From NCBI GenBank assembly GCA_009780955.1, contig WQZB01000008.1, positions 13,368 through 77,367 on the forward strand: a stretch of 64,000 bases of DNA, in the 5' to 3' direction. The notes under the pieces are model-generated. The model saw nothing but the letters and a program-made list of their open reading frames with translations, searched no databases and was not told the origin of the DNA. Position 1 is the stretch's first letter. The number at the start of each line of letters is the position of its first letter. A program made the position numbers and the translations under genes. The DNA comes from Polyangiaceae bacterium (GTDB taxonomy: Bacteria > Myxococcota_A > Polyangia > Polyangiales > Polyangiaceae). Below, piece after piece: positions 11,148 to 21,646 of this stretch.

Positions 11148-13157
11148 TTGGTTGACATTCTGAACGCGTTGCCTGCATCCGAGCTGAATTCGCTCGTCGC
11201 ACGCCTTGGCATTCGCCTTGACCCCGCCAAGCGCTTGGGTCCGCCGCAGCAAGTGGCACGCGCACTCGTGGCGCTTGCGGACTTGCGTGATCCAAGTCGC
11301 CTGCCGCAAACGAGCGTCGAGCTCGTACACCGCATCGCCGAAGCAGGCGGCGCGCTCGTCATTGCGACCATGCCAACGTCGGTGCAGCCCCTTGTCGAGC
11401 GCGGAATTCTTTTCGCGCGCACAACGGACACTGGAAAGCTTCAATTGCTGCTGCCTGCAGCGTACCTCGTCCAATTGCGCTCGTGGGAGGGCGAAGACCC
11501 GAAAGGCATGCGTGCGCTCGTGGCGCAGGCTTCGTTCGAAACGATGAGCGCAATCGCCGCGCACTACCTTGGAAGGCCTGCAACACCGCCCATTGCCTTG
11601 TCGCTCGAGACCGCATGGCAGGTGCTCGGCAGCCACGATGGCTTGCGCGAAGAGATTGGAAAGCTCTCGCTCGGCGAACGGCGCGTGCTCGAAGTCATCG
11701 AAGAGCTCGGTGGCGAGGTCGACACCGAAGAACTGCTCGACCTCGAACGCGAGCCGTTGCGCATGCGAACGGCGGCGGGCGCAACCCCATCACGACGCGG
11801 TGTTGGCTTCTCGCTCGAACGCAAAGGCATGCTCATTCCCGTTTATCCGAACAGGCACATCGTACCCACCGAGGTCGCTCAAATCGTCGGCGCCAGGCGC
11901 AATGCCGCGCGCGAACGGCGCCGCGAGCAAATACGCACATTCGTGCTCGAAGGCGATCACGCACCCCGCCGCGCGCGCTTCTCGACCCATGCTGCCCTCT
12001 TCGCGATGGGGCTCGCCCTGGCGGTCCGCGAGACCGGAAACGAGGTCCGCTCCGGAATTGGCACGCCAAAGTCGCTCGTATCAAAGCTTGCCACGCGCTT
12101 CGGGCGTGATTCCCACGAGGTCGCGCTCGTTGCCTCGCTCTCACGCGCCATCGGGCTCTGGGACACTTCAGCAATCAGTGCAAGCGCGCCACCAGGCTCA
12201 CTCGACCTCCGCGACCTCGCTCGACATCTGTTTCTCGCATGGCAGCGCGGTGGTGCGTGGGACGAGGCTCGCAGCGAGCCCGAGATGCTCCGCTTGCCAC
12301 CCGATCAACGCGACTGCAGCGCAAGCGGCGTCGTGCGCGAGCTGGTGCTCGAAGCTTTGCGTGATCTCGGCGAGAGCCGCTGGATTCCGTGGACAAGCCT
12401 TGAAGGATACTTGAGCGCTGACCGTCACATTGCGGGCATCGAGCGCCTGCTACGCCGATGGGCAGAACGCGCTTCGGTGCCCACTACTACACCGATGGAA
12501 GTGGCACGCCGCATCGTGCTCGAAAGCCTTCCAACACTCGGCATCCTCGATCTCGGCGAAGAGAACGACGACAACGGCAAACCCGAGATCGCGCTTCGAC
12601 TGACGAAGATCGGACGCTGGCTCGTTACGGGCGAGATCCCCGCGTTCGACACGACCAAGTCGCAATTCGTGGGCACGCAGGTACTCAGAATTGGCGGCGG
12701 CACAACCGTTGGCGCGATTCTAAGCTTGTTCGGCTTTGCCGACGTCGATCGCGCTTCGGAAACGCTCGATCTCGTCATTGCGCCCCATTCGATCGTGCGG
12801 GCGATTTCGGCAGGCTACGAAGCCGACACTCTTCGCCAACGCATTGAGGCTGTTGCGCCAGTGCCCGAAGGCCTGTCACACACTCTGACGCAGGCAAGCA
12901 TTGTCATTGGGCGCGGATTGTTCGCGTTGGCAAGCGGTTTTTTGTGGGTCGACGACCCGAACATCCGCGAGCTATTGCGCACGCGCAGATCCACCGCCGA
13001 ACTCTTTGTCGATCCTTCTCCACCAGCGGGTTTGCTCGTTGCACCTCAGGTCGATCTCGATCGCCTCGTGCGCCGGTGCCGAACCGTTGGCATCGAGATC
13101 GTGCTCGAGGGGCAGGTGCTTCGCGGGCGCTCGATGTCGAACCGTAAGATTTCGTAG
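11148..13157 (+). CDS. Hypothetical protein with probable C-terminal XPB-associated (Helicase_C_3-like) domain
   Basis: Long ORF; SIVRAISAGYEADTLRQRIEAVAPVPEGLSHTL resembles the helicase-associated domain; no Walker motifs seen; start codon uncertain. Confidence 0.6.
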   Translation: MVDILNALPASELNSLVARLGIRLDPAKRLGPPQQVARALVALADLRDPSRLPQTSVELVHRIAEAGGALVIATMPTSVQPLVERGILFARTTDTGKLQLLLPAAYLVQLRSWEGEDPKGMRALVAQASFETMSAIAAHYLGRPATPPIALSLETAWQVLGSHDGLREEIGKLSLGERRVLEVIEELGGEVDTEELLDLEREPLRMRTAAGATPSRRGVGFSLERKGMLIPVYPNRHIVPTEVAQIVGARRNAARERRREQIRTFVLEGDHAPRRARFSTHAALFAMGLALAVRETGNEVRSGIGTPKSLVSKLATRFGRDSHEVALVASLSRAIGLWDTSAISASAPPGSLDLRDLARHLFLAWQRGGAWDEARSEPEMLRLPPDQRDCSASGVVRELVLEALRDLGESRWIPWTSLEGYLSADRHIAGIERLLRRWAERASVPTTTPMEVARRIVLESLPTLGILDLGEENDDNGKPEIALRLTKIGRWLVTGEIPAFDTTKSQFVGTQVLRIGGGTTVGAILSLFGFADVDRASETLDLVIAPHSIVRAISAGYEADTLRQRIEAVAPVPEGLSHTLTQASIVIGRGLFALASGFLWVDDPNIRELLRTRRSTAELFVDPSPPAGLLVAPQVDLDRLVRRCRTVGIEIVLEGQVLRGRSMSNRKIS

Positions 13158-13181
13158 GGGCGCAGCATTGGAGCCCCTGCG
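13153..13181. repeat. Degenerate GTAG-class REP palindrome
   Basis: CGTAGGGGCGCAGCATTGGAGCCCCTGCG, a decayed copy of the 34433-34462 palindrome; its TAG is the stop codon of the upstream gene. Confidence 0.75.
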
Positions 13182-13189
13182 CGCAACGA

Positions 13190-14464
13190 CTACGTAGACA
13201 CCATGGCAAGGCGTTCGTCAACCCACGCATCCATCGTGCGCCGCGGTGAAATGGCTTCAATGCGTCCACCTCGAACGAAAACCTCGGCGGGCAATGTGCG
13301 GCCGTTGTATTGACTCGCCATCGAGAAGCCGTACGCACCTGCGTCGAGGATGGCAACTTCGTGCAATGGGCCTTCGGGCAGCTCGTGCACGCCAAAGTCG
13401 TCGGAGCTCTCGCAAACAGGACCGACAACGCGGAACATGCCGACAGGGCCTGGCACACTACGAAGCGGCACAATGCGATGCCGCGCCTGATAGAGAGCAG
13501 GGCGAATGAGATCGTTCATGCCCGCGTCGAGGATGATCCAGCGGCGCCCTGCATCGCCGATTTTGCGTTGTGTAACGCGCGCGATAAGAACGCCGTGAGC
13601 GCCAACGAGTGACCGGCCTGGCTCGCAATAAAGAGCCAGATCACGCAGGCCACATTTTGCCTCGAGAGCGAGCGCGGCGCGGATGAAATCAGCTGGGCGC
13701 GGGGGACAACCATCGCCGTAGTCGATGCCGAAGCCGCCGCCCGTGTCGACGTACGACAAGGCAAAGCGTGGCATGATTTCGCGTGCCAGTTGGAAAAGTG
13801 TGCGAGCAGACAAGAGATACGTGTCGACACTCGTGATCTGCGAGCCAACGTGCGCGCTTACCCCTACCAAACGCATCCAGGGAGTTTGCGCGATCATGTC
13901 GAGCGCATTGGCGATGCGGGAAAGAGGAACACCGAACTTCGCCTCGTCATGGCCTGTAGCAATGTGGGCATGCGTGTCGATGTCTTCGACGTGGACGGCA
14001 GGGTTCACGCGAATCGAAATGCGCGCCACGCGGCCGGCCTCTTTTGCACGTGCACCAATGCGTGTGATTTCCTCGACGCTCTCGACATGGATCGCGCCAA
14101 TGCCTTCTGGGCCGGCAGCGATGGCTCTGTCGATTTCATCATTTTGCTTGGCAACACCGCTGTACACGATTTTGCTTGGAGCGATCCCCAAACGCAGTGC
14201 GAGGGCTAGCTCGCCACCGCTGACCACATCAGCGCCGCACCCTTCTGCCGCAAGCGCGCGAACGATGGGCGGCGCCGAGTTAGCTTTCACGGCGTATGCG
14301 ACGAGATGCGGAGCACCGCCAAAAGACGCCTCGAGACAGCGGGCCTCGTTCGCCATGGCATCGACGTCGTAGACATACGACGGCGTGCCAATGCGACGAT
14401 CGGCAACGATGTCCGAAAGACGAAGGCCGCCATACTCAAGGCTAAACTCAAGGGGTCTGTTCAA
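13190..14464 (-). CDS. lysA: Diaminopimelate decarboxylase
   Basis: AYAVKAN (PLP lysine), HVGSQ, EPGRSLV, GPVCESSD, AGAYG. Confidence 0.96.
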   Translation of the reverse strand: MNRPLEFSLEYGGLRLSDIVADRRIGTPSYVYDVDAMANEARCLEASFGGAPHLVAYAVKANSAPPIVRALAAEGCGADVVSGGELALALRLGIAPSKIVYSGVAKQNDEIDRAIAAGPEGIGAIHVESVEEITRIGARAKEAGRVARISIRVNPAVHVEDIDTHAHIATGHDEAKFGVPLSRIANALDMIAQTPWMRLVGVSAHVGSQITSVDTYLLSARTLFQLAREIMPRFALSYVDTGGGFGIDYGDGCPPRPADFIRAALALEAKCGLRDLALYCEPGRSLVGAHGVLIARVTQRKIGDAGRRWIILDAGMNDLIRPALYQARHRIVPLRSVPGPVGMFRVVGPVCESSDDFGVHELPEGPLHEVAILDAGAYGFSMASQYNGRTLPAEVFVRGGRIEAISPRRTMDAWVDERLAMVST

Positions 14465-14595
14465 CTTGCAAAGCGGTCTAGCGCACTTCGTAGGTTACAG
14501 TTTCGGAAAATCCGCAAGCCACCCTTGCCAAGCACGCCTGCATGTCTGATTCTCGCGCGGCCTGCTACCCCGGACTTTCTCACGCAGCCAACACC

Positions 14596-16011
14596 ATGTC
14601 GATCCGCCGTTCGAAGCTCATATGTACTCTTGGCCCTGCTTCCGATTCCGTCGAAAAGTTGAAGAGCCTCATCGACGCCGGAATGGACGTCGCTCGCTTC
14701 AACTTCTCGCACGGCTCGCATGAAGAGCACGCAGCGCGCCTCAACAAACTGCGCGCCGCAAGCGACGAGAAGCGAAAGCCGATCGCCGTCTTGCAGGATT
14801 TGTGCGGTCCGAAGATCCGCACGGGCAAGTTCGCTTCCCCCTTCGACCTGAAAACAGGCGCAGAGCTTTTGCTCACCGACGGCAACGACTCCGACATGGG
14901 AAGCGAAGTCATGATCCCGATCTCGTACGAAGGTCTGGCGGTCGACGTTCGCGTTGGCGACCGCATCATGTTCGATGATGGGCGCATCGTGCTTGCCGTC
15001 AAAAGCATCGAGGGAGACAAGGTTCGCGTCGTGGTTACGCAAGGCGGTAGCATGCGAAGCCGCGTTGGTGTTCACTTGCCCACGCGCACTTTGCGCATCG
15101 GTGCGCTCACCGAGAAAGACAAATCCGATCTTGCCTTTGGTTTGTCGATCGGCATCGATTACGTCGCGCTTTCATTCGTGCGCCGGGCCGACGACATACG
15201 CCTCGTGCGAGAAATCTGCCAAGAGTGGGGCAAGCCCACGCCCGTTGTTGCGAAAATCGAAACGCCGGAAGCCGTCGAAAACATCGAAAGCGTCGTTGCC
15301 GCATCCGATGCGGTCATGGTCGCTCGCGGCGATCTCGGCGTCGAGTTTCCACCGGAGCGCGTGCCAGTCATTCAACATCAGATCCTCGCTGTGGCGCGCC
15401 GCGTGCGCCGGCCGGTGATCATCGCGACCGAAATGCTTCAGTCGATGACGAAGAACTCGCGCCCCACGCGCGCCGAAGCTAGCGACGTTGCACACTCCGT
15501 GCTTGCAGGCGCCGACTGCGTCATGCTCTCGGGTGAAACGGCCAATGGCGACTACCCAACGGAAGCCACCGCGATGATGAGCGCCATCGCAGTGGAAGCC
15601 GAGTCGAGCCCATTTTTTGAATCTGCGCCCTATGCAACGCGCGCCATGAACGTGCCGGAAGCCGTGGCACGCGGCGCGGTCAACACGGCGCGCGAGATCG
15701 GCGCGAAGTTCCTCGTAGCATTCACCGAAACGGGAATGAGCGCGAGGAACGTAAGCCTCGCCCGTCCGTCTGTGCCCGTTGTCGCGTTCTCACCCAACCC
15801 GCAAACGCGTCGGCGCATGGCACTTCTTTGGGGCGTGATTCCACGCGAGGTGCCTGCCAACAACAACAGCGACACGTTGGTAGATTGGGTAACGGGCGAC
15901 TTGATGGCAAGTGGCCTGGCTTCACCAGGCGAACGCGTCGTTATCGTATTCGGAGCGCCCATTGGCGTTGCGGGTAGCACCAACACGATTCGTGTTCACG
16001 TCGTCGGGTGA
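14596..16011 (+). CDS. pyk: Pyruvate kinase
   Basis: KLICTLGPAS, ARFNFSHG, DLCGPKIR, AKIE, MVARGDLG, ATEML, DCVMLSGETA. Confidence 0.98.
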   Translation: MSIRRSKLICTLGPASDSVEKLKSLIDAGMDVARFNFSHGSHEEHAARLNKLRAASDEKRKPIAVLQDLCGPKIRTGKFASPFDLKTGAELLLTDGNDSDMGSEVMIPISYEGLAVDVRVGDRIMFDDGRIVLAVKSIEGDKVRVVVTQGGSMRSRVGVHLPTRTLRIGALTEKDKSDLAFGLSIGIDYVALSFVRRADDIRLVREICQEWGKPTPVVAKIETPEAVENIESVVAASDAVMVARGDLGVEFPPERVPVIQHQILAVARRVRRPVIIATEMLQSMTKNSRPTRAEASDVAHSVLAGADCVMLSGETANGDYPTEATAMMSAIAVEAESSPFFESAPYATRAMNVPEAVARGAVNTAREIGAKFLVAFTETGMSARNVSLARPSVPVVAFSPNPQTRRRMALLWGVIPREVPANNNSDTLVDWVTGDLMASGLASPGERVVIVFGAPIGVAGSTNTIRVHVVG

Positions 16012-16023
16012 CCGCTTTCGATT
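16010..16023 (-). repeat. Isolated right-end remnant of the type-A mini-element
   Basis: GACCGCTTTCGATT is the reverse complement of the AATCGAAAGCGGTC right end at 24289-24302; it overlaps the pyk stop codon. Confidence 0.55.
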
Positions 16024-16042
16024 ACGAACATGCGTTTTGTCT

Positions 16043-16185
16043 GTAGGGGCGCCATTTATGGCGCCCGGGCGCGGCGGCCGATCCCGAGGGCGCGATGAAT
16101 CGCGCCCCTACAACCGAAAAACGCAAATAACGCGATTGGCGGTAGGGGCGTATGGCCATACGCCCCTACACGCAATCGCCCCTAT
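16043..16185. repeat. REP cluster (inverted doublet plus palindrome)
   Basis: GTAGGGGCGCCATTTATGGCGCCC..GGGCGCGATGAATCGCGCCCCTAC (16043-16111), GTAGGGGCGTATGGCCATACGCCCCTAC (16142-16169), partial head 16178-16185; lies between convergent genes. Confidence 0.9.
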
Positions 16186-17897
16186 TTTTTCGCGTAGACG
16201 TCGTGCAATTGGCGCTTAAGCACCTTACCGGTGGGGTTTCGCGGAAGGGTATCGAGGAAGATGAAATCGCGCGGGACCTTAGGACCGGCGAGCTTTTCGC
16301 GGGTGAAAGCCTTGAGCGCCCCGGCGTCGACGCTGCGCCCAGGCTTGAGAACGACGAAAGCACAAACGCGCTCGCCCCACTCGGCATCGGGCATGCCGAC
16401 AATGGCGACTTCGGCGATGTCGGGGTGGTGTTCGAGAACGCCTTCGACCTCGGCGGGGTAAACGTTGACGCCACCCGAGATCACCATGTCGCGTTTGCGC
16501 CCTTCGAGAAAGTATCGCCCCCGATCGTCGCATCGCGCAAGATCGCCAACACTGAAGTAGCCATCGCGCATGCTCGCTCGCGTTTCCGCTTCGTTGCCAT
16601 GATAGCCAGCGACGAGAAGCTGGTTTTTCACATAGAGCTCGCCAACTTTTCCCGCGGGGACATCGCGCCCGTCGTCGTCAAGGAGCCGGATTGAGTTGCC
16701 AGGCAAGGCCTTGCCGATGGTGCCCGGCGCGGCCCGCATGTCAGCGGGCGAAGCGAGCGTCACGAGGCCGGTTTCGGTCGCGCCGTAGAATTGATAAAGC
16801 ACATCTCCAAATTCGTCCATGAACGACAAAGCTTGCGGCGTAGGCAAAGGTGCACCGCCCACAATGACGGTGCGAAGCGAACGCGCCGAGTATTTCATGC
16901 GTACTTCCTGCGGCAACTCGAGCACGCGGTGAAGCATTGTCGGCACAACAGCGGTTGTCGTGATGCGATGGCGCTGGACGGTTTGAAGGAACGCCTCGGG
17001 CTTGAAGTCGTCCATGAGCACCACGGTGTTGCCAAGCAAAAGCGAGAACGACATAAAGCCAAACGCTGTCGTGTGGTAAAGCGGGCAGGCGACGAGGTGA
17101 ATGTCGTCAACGCGAAAGGGCGTTTCGTTGATGAAGCGAAACGCGGCGTTCATCGTGTCTTTCGGGAACTTGCGAACAGCACCTTTTGGTTTACCTGTCG
17201 TGCCCGAGGTGTAGATGACGAGCGACGCATCGTCGTCGACTATCGCGTCAGGCTCGTTACGCCCAACGCGAGTCGATGCGTTATCGAGAAGCGACTCGTA
17301 GGCGACGTATCCCGCCGGCTCCGCAAGCGCCCGACCCGTGGAAACAACGATGAGGTTCGCAATGAGGGCGTCAGGGAGCTCGCCCTTCGCATGCTCGATG
17401 ACCGGAAGAAGCGCCTCGTCAATGACAAGGCCGACCGCACCCGAATCACTTGCAAGGTAAGCAAGCTCTTTGGCGGTGGAGCGCCACGAAATGGTCACAG
17501 CCGATGCACCGAGGCGGGAGGCAGCAGCGCCAATCTCGACGAATTCGATGCTGTTGCGCATCATGACGAGCAAGCTTTTGCCTTTGGTAATGCCCCGTTT
17601 TGTGAGCCCCGCGGCAAGGCGGTCGATGCGCGCGTCAACCTCGCCCCAGGTGAGCGCGCGGTCGTGATAGATGAGCGCGATCTTATCCGGCGAATTTATC
17701 CCGTGTAGCCGGTAGATTTGCGCTGGGTTTTGCGAACCCCTCCATAGGATTCGCACAAGCTCGCGCGTGCCGGGCACAGTGAGCTCCCACAAAATACCAG
17801 TGCCGACCGCGAGGCGGGCAGTTGTTGCGACGCGCTCTGGCGCGTTGCGTAATGTGTCAATCAACAAACGACTGCGTTTGAGCAGGACATTCCACAT
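16182..17897 (-). CDS. AMP-binding acyl-CoA synthetase/ligase
   Basis: IYTSGTTGKPKGA, YGATETG, SVGDLA, GRKRDMVISGGVNVYPAEVE, LPRNPTGKV. Confidence 0.95.
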   Translation of the reverse strand: MWNVLLKRSRLLIDTLRNAPERVATTARLAVGTGILWELTVPGTRELVRILWRGSQNPAQIYRLHGINSPDKIALIYHDRALTWGEVDARIDRLAAGLTKRGITKGKSLLVMMRNSIEFVEIGAAASRLGASAVTISWRSTAKELAYLASDSGAVGLVIDEALLPVIEHAKGELPDALIANLIVVSTGRALAEPAGYVAYESLLDNASTRVGRNEPDAIVDDDASLVIYTSGTTGKPKGAVRKFPKDTMNAAFRFINETPFRVDDIHLVACPLYHTTAFGFMSFSLLLGNTVVLMDDFKPEAFLQTVQRHRITTTAVVPTMLHRVLELPQEVRMKYSARSLRTVIVGGAPLPTPQALSFMDEFGDVLYQFYGATETGLVTLASPADMRAAPGTIGKALPGNSIRLLDDDGRDVPAGKVGELYVKNQLLVAGYHGNEAETRASMRDGYFSVGDLARCDDRGRYFLEGRKRDMVISGGVNVYPAEVEGVLEHHPDIAEVAIVGMPDAEWGERVCAFVVLKPGRSVDAGALKAFTREKLAGPKVPRDFIFLDTLPRNPTGKVLKRQLHDVYAKK

Positions 17898-17929
17898 GGC
17901 TTCCTCTGTATCAGGTATCCTTGAGGTCG

Positions 17930-18388
17930 ATGTCCGAGGCAGAACACAAGGAAAGCGGCGGGCGGTGTGACGATGAGCGCGCCCCAATCACGCTGCGTGT
18001 CGACTATAAGCGCCTTAATACATTTTTTGCCGACTACACGAAAAACATTTCGAGGGGGGGCACGTTCATCCGCACGACACGCCCGCTCGAGATTGGCACC
18101 GAATTCGTCTTCATTCTCTCCGTACCGTCGGCGGCTCGGTCGGAAACCGCGCCAACACAGCCAACACAAGATACCGTGCAGCTCGAGCTTACCGGTGTTG
18201 TCAAGTGGGTCGTGCAAGCTAGTGAAGCTTCGTCAGAACGGCCCGCCGGCATGGGCATTCAGTTTGTTTTCGCCGACGAGAAGGACCGGCAACGAGTTCG
18301 GTCGATCGTTTCCGGCCTCATGCACGACACGCTTGGTCCACATCTCACGCAGAGGCTGCTCGGTGTGAGCCCACCCGGAAGCCTATAA
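17930..18388 (+). CDS. PilZ-domain protein (myxobacterial TIGR02266 type)
   Basis: ERAPITLRVDY, NISRGGTFIRT, GMGIQF. Confidence 0.9.
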   Translation: MSEAEHKESGGRCDDERAPITLRVDYKRLNTFFADYTKNISRGGTFIRTTRPLEIGTEFVFILSVPSAARSETAPTQPTQDTVQLELTGVVKWVVQASEASSERPAGMGIQFVFADEKDRQRVRSIVSGLMHDTLGPHLTQRLLGVSPPGSL

Positions 18389-18433
18389 GAGACTCTGCTG
18401 AAAACTTTTTCAGCAGCCTGTAGGTTGAAGGCT

Positions 18434-19411
18434 ATGATGATTCGTTCGCTGCCCATCGCTGGGCGCACTTTGGCAGATCCGGTCGATCCGTCGCTCGATC
18501 TCGAGGAAGAAATTGCCAGGCTGAAGAAAGATCGCAATGCGATCGTTCTCGCGCACTACTACCAAGACAGCGAAATCCAAGACATTGCCGATTTCATTGG
18601 TGACTCGCTGCAGCTTGCGCAGGCAGCCGCAAAAACAAACGCGGATGTCATCTGCTTTGCGGGTGTTCACTTCATGGCCGAAACGGCGAAAATTCTGAAC
18701 CCCAATCGCGTGGTCGTGGTTCCCGATCTCGAAGCAGGTTGCTCGCTCGCTTCCGGCGCCCCGGCCGACAAAGTGGCCGCGTGGAAGGCGCGCCACCCCG
18801 GATCTATTCTTGTAAGTTACATCAATTGCTCGGCCGACGTGAAAGCTCTCTCCGACTTCATCGTCACGTCTTCGAATGCAGAGAAAATTGTCGCGCGAAT
18901 TCCGTCCGAAACCACCGTCCTGTTCGCGCCCGACAAAAACCTCGGGCAGTATCTCAATAAGAAACTTGGTCGAAGCATGATTCTTTGGCAAGGAACGTGC
19001 ATTGTGCACGACACCTTCAGCGAGCGAAAAATCGAGGGACTGAAGCTTCGACACCCAAAGGCACTGCTTCTTGCCCATCCGGAATGCGAAGACGTGGTGC
19101 TGCGTATGGCCGACTATGTTGGGTCGACCACGGGCATTATCAATTACGCCACGAAAAGCGACAAAACCGAATTCCTTGTCGCCACCGAACCGGGGATTTT
19201 GCACCAATTGGCAAAAGCGGCGCCGAACAAAACATTCGTCCCTGCCCCACCAGAAGCGAACTGCGCGTGCAACGAGTGCCCGCACATGAGGAAAAATACG
19301 CTCGAAAAGGTTTACCTCTCGCTTCTCAACCTCGAGCCCCGGCTCGAAATGAACGAGGCGCTACGCAACGCCGCGCGGGTACCGATCGACCGCATGCTGG
19401 CATTGTCATAA
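18434..19411 (+). CDS. nadA: Quinolinate synthase
   Basis: LAHYYQ, GDSLQL, GVHFMAETAK, GCSLA, CIVH, HPEC, CNECPHM. Confidence 0.97.
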   Translation: MMIRSLPIAGRTLADPVDPSLDLEEEIARLKKDRNAIVLAHYYQDSEIQDIADFIGDSLQLAQAAAKTNADVICFAGVHFMAETAKILNPNRVVVVPDLEAGCSLASGAPADKVAAWKARHPGSILVSYINCSADVKALSDFIVTSSNAEKIVARIPSETTVLFAPDKNLGQYLNKKLGRSMILWQGTCIVHDTFSERKIEGLKLRHPKALLLAHPECEDVVLRMADYVGSTTGIINYATKSDKTEFLVATEPGILHQLAKAAPNKTFVPAPPEANCACNECPHMRKNTLEKVYLSLLNLEPRLEMNEALRNAARVPIDRMLALS

Positions 19412-19422
19412 CCGCAGACACA

Positions 19423-20256
19423 CTAGATTTCTGTCATCAAGGTTGTGGCGATGTAATCGGCAGCAAAAATCGCGACAATGCTAGAAACCACTGCTTTCGC
19501 GGTGGCCTCGCCAACGCCGCGGGCACCGCCCGAAGCGAAGAAGCCTTTCTTGCAGCAGATGGTGCTGACAAGGCCTCCAAAAATGGCACTTTTGACGAGC
19601 AGCATGCGAATGTCAGCAAACTTCACGAACGCTTGCACGCGGTCGAAGAAAATGCCTGGGTCAATGGCCTGCCAAACCACTGCAACGAGCCAGCAGCCAA
19701 ACATGCCCGCAAGGCCGAACACGAGCGCCAGAAGCGGCAGCACAAGGGTCGTTGCCAACACGCGCGGCACAACAAGATATTGAATTGGGCTAACTCCCAT
19801 CGTGGTGATGGCGTCGATTTGCTCGGTCACACGCATGGTCCCAAGCTCGCTCGCCATGGTGCTACCCGCGCGGGCGGTGACTACGACCGCAGCAAGAACG
19901 GGGGCAAGCTCGCGCGCCAAAGCGAGGGCCACGACGCCACCCACCATGCCTTCCGCCGAGAACTGCCGAAACCCGAGGATTGTGCTTACCGTAAACGCCA
20001 TTCCGGTGAACAAGCCCACGAGGCCCGCGATGAAAAGCGAGCCAGTGCCAATGAATTCCACGGCAATCAGCACCTGCGCAATACGAAAAGGCGGCCGGAA
20101 AAGCCAAACCATCGTGCGCCCGAAAAGCAGCACTGTCGCGCCGAGATCGTCAAGAATGTCGAGTACGGGGTCGAGCACATAGTCGACAATGGCAAGTACG
20201 CTGGCAAGTGCGTTTCGCGACTTTGGAGTTTCGGCATTTTGGGACGCGTCCGCCAC
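19423..20256 (-). CDS. mlaE: MlaE-family ABC transporter permease
   Basis: RELAPVLAAVV, RAGSTMASELGTMRVTEQIDAITTMG, GGARGVGEAT. Confidence 0.93.
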   Translation of the reverse strand: MADASQNAETPKSRNALASVLAIVDYVLDPVLDILDDLGATVLLFGRTMVWLFRPPFRIAQVLIAVEFIGTGSLFIAGLVGLFTGMAFTVSTILGFRQFSAEGMVGGVVALALARELAPVLAAVVVTARAGSTMASELGTMRVTEQIDAITTMGVSPIQYLVVPRVLATTLVLPLLALVFGLAGMFGCWLVAVVWQAIDPGIFFDRVQAFVKFADIRMLLVKSAIFGGLVSTICCKKGFFASGGARGVGEATAKAVVSSIVAIFAADYIATTLMTEI

Positions 20257-20359
20257 GGCACGCGGAGTCTACCGCGCTTTGGTCGCGCTGCAGCAACGCG
20301 GTCTTGTCGCGGAAGGCAGACGGCGCAATTCTGTAGGCGATTCATAGGCGATTCAATCG

Positions 20360-21601
20360 ATGGGATTCTGGCCTTTTTCGCGAAACAAACCGAGCGTTGA
20401 AGCTGCCGATTCAGTGCCAAACACCGTCGCACCGGCGCCCTTGCTCGAGCCCACGGTGAGCGTGAGTGGCAACAGCGATGTCGATCGTCTCATCAAGGTC
20501 GGCCTCGCGGAAGGGCCCACGGTGAACGAAGCGCTCGCTCTCTTCGCTGCCCTGCGAAAAACTCCGGCCGAGGCGCGCGCGGTAGCCGAGCTCACTCGCG
20601 AAGCCGCGCTGCGTGCACTTGCCGAGCCGATTCTGCTCGCACTCGCCACGGCGTTGATCGATCGCGGGGAAATCGACGCCGCCGCATTCGTCCTTCAAAA
20701 CACGACGAGCGCACCCGCTCTCGTCTTTCGCGCGGATCTTGCCGAGATGCGCGGCGAAGTGCCAAGCGCTTTGTCATTAATCGAGCGCGCGCTGCTGATC
20801 GATTTCGATCATTACGGAGCACGCGAACGCCTTCGCCGCTATCGCATCCAATTAGGCTACGCAGGCGAAGCGAAAAGCGAAGCCCAAGGAGCCACAATCG
20901 TCACACGCGAACCCGACGCACCGTTCGATTTGTTACGAGAAGTGGGCCGCGGTGGCGCCGGCGCTGTCTACGAAGCTGTCGATCGCGAGCTTGGTCGGCA
21001 CGTCGCGCTCAAAATTTACCACCAGCCCGAGCGCGATCGCGTGCAGCTCACCCACGAAGCCACCGTGGCGGTGGCGCTCGCAGGCCCGGGCATCGTACGT
21101 GTGTTCGATATCGATCCAGAGCACGGCTGGATCGCGCTCGAGTGGGCCGCCCTCGGCACGCTGCGCGAACACATCCGAAGCCGCAACGCAAGCCTGCTCT
21201 TGCCTGTCGACCGCTTGGCAATCGGCCTTGCACAAGCTCTCGCGCGCGTCCACACCAAAGGCTGGGTCCATCACGACGTCAAGCCAGGGAACGTGCTCGT
21301 CACAAAAAGCGGCGATGTTCTCATCGCAGACTTCGGCACTGCTGCGCGCATCGGCCAGCCAAGCCCTCCCGGCAGCCTTGGCTATCTATCGCCCGAGCGC
21401 TTGGCAGGTCGAGCAAGCGATCCGCGCGACGACGTTTACGGCTTTGGCCGCATCCTCGAAGAGGTGCTCAACGCGCTCAACGCGCCTAACACAATAGCCA
21501 GCGCGCAAAAAAAACGTTTTCGCGCTCTTGCGAGTGCGTGCACGGGCCCCGATGAATCTCGCCCCGCGGATGCGCGTGAAGTGCTCGCACAGCTCCGTTA
21601 G
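20360..21601 (+). CDS. Hanks-type Ser/Thr protein kinase with helical N-terminal domain
   Basis: GRGGAGAVY, VALK, HHDVKPGN, DFG, YLSPE, DVYGFG. Confidence 0.92.
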   Translation: MGFWPFSRNKPSVEAADSVPNTVAPAPLLEPTVSVSGNSDVDRLIKVGLAEGPTVNEALALFAALRKTPAEARAVAELTREAALRALAEPILLALATALIDRGEIDAAAFVLQNTTSAPALVFRADLAEMRGEVPSALSLIERALLIDFDHYGARERLRRYRIQLGYAGEAKSEAQGATIVTREPDAPFDLLREVGRGGAGAVYEAVDRELGRHVALKIYHQPERDRVQLTHEATVAVALAGPGIVRVFDIDPEHGWIALEWAALGTLREHIRSRNASLLLPVDRLAIGLAQALARVHTKGWVHHDVKPGNVLVTKSGDVLIADFGTAARIGQPSPPGSLGYLSPERLAGRASDPRDDVYGFGRILEEVLNALNAPNTIASAQKKRFRALASACTGPDESRPADAREVLAQLR

Positions 21602-21646
21602 GAGCGCGAGGACTTCTGGCGGTCGTGATATAACGACCAATCTGTC

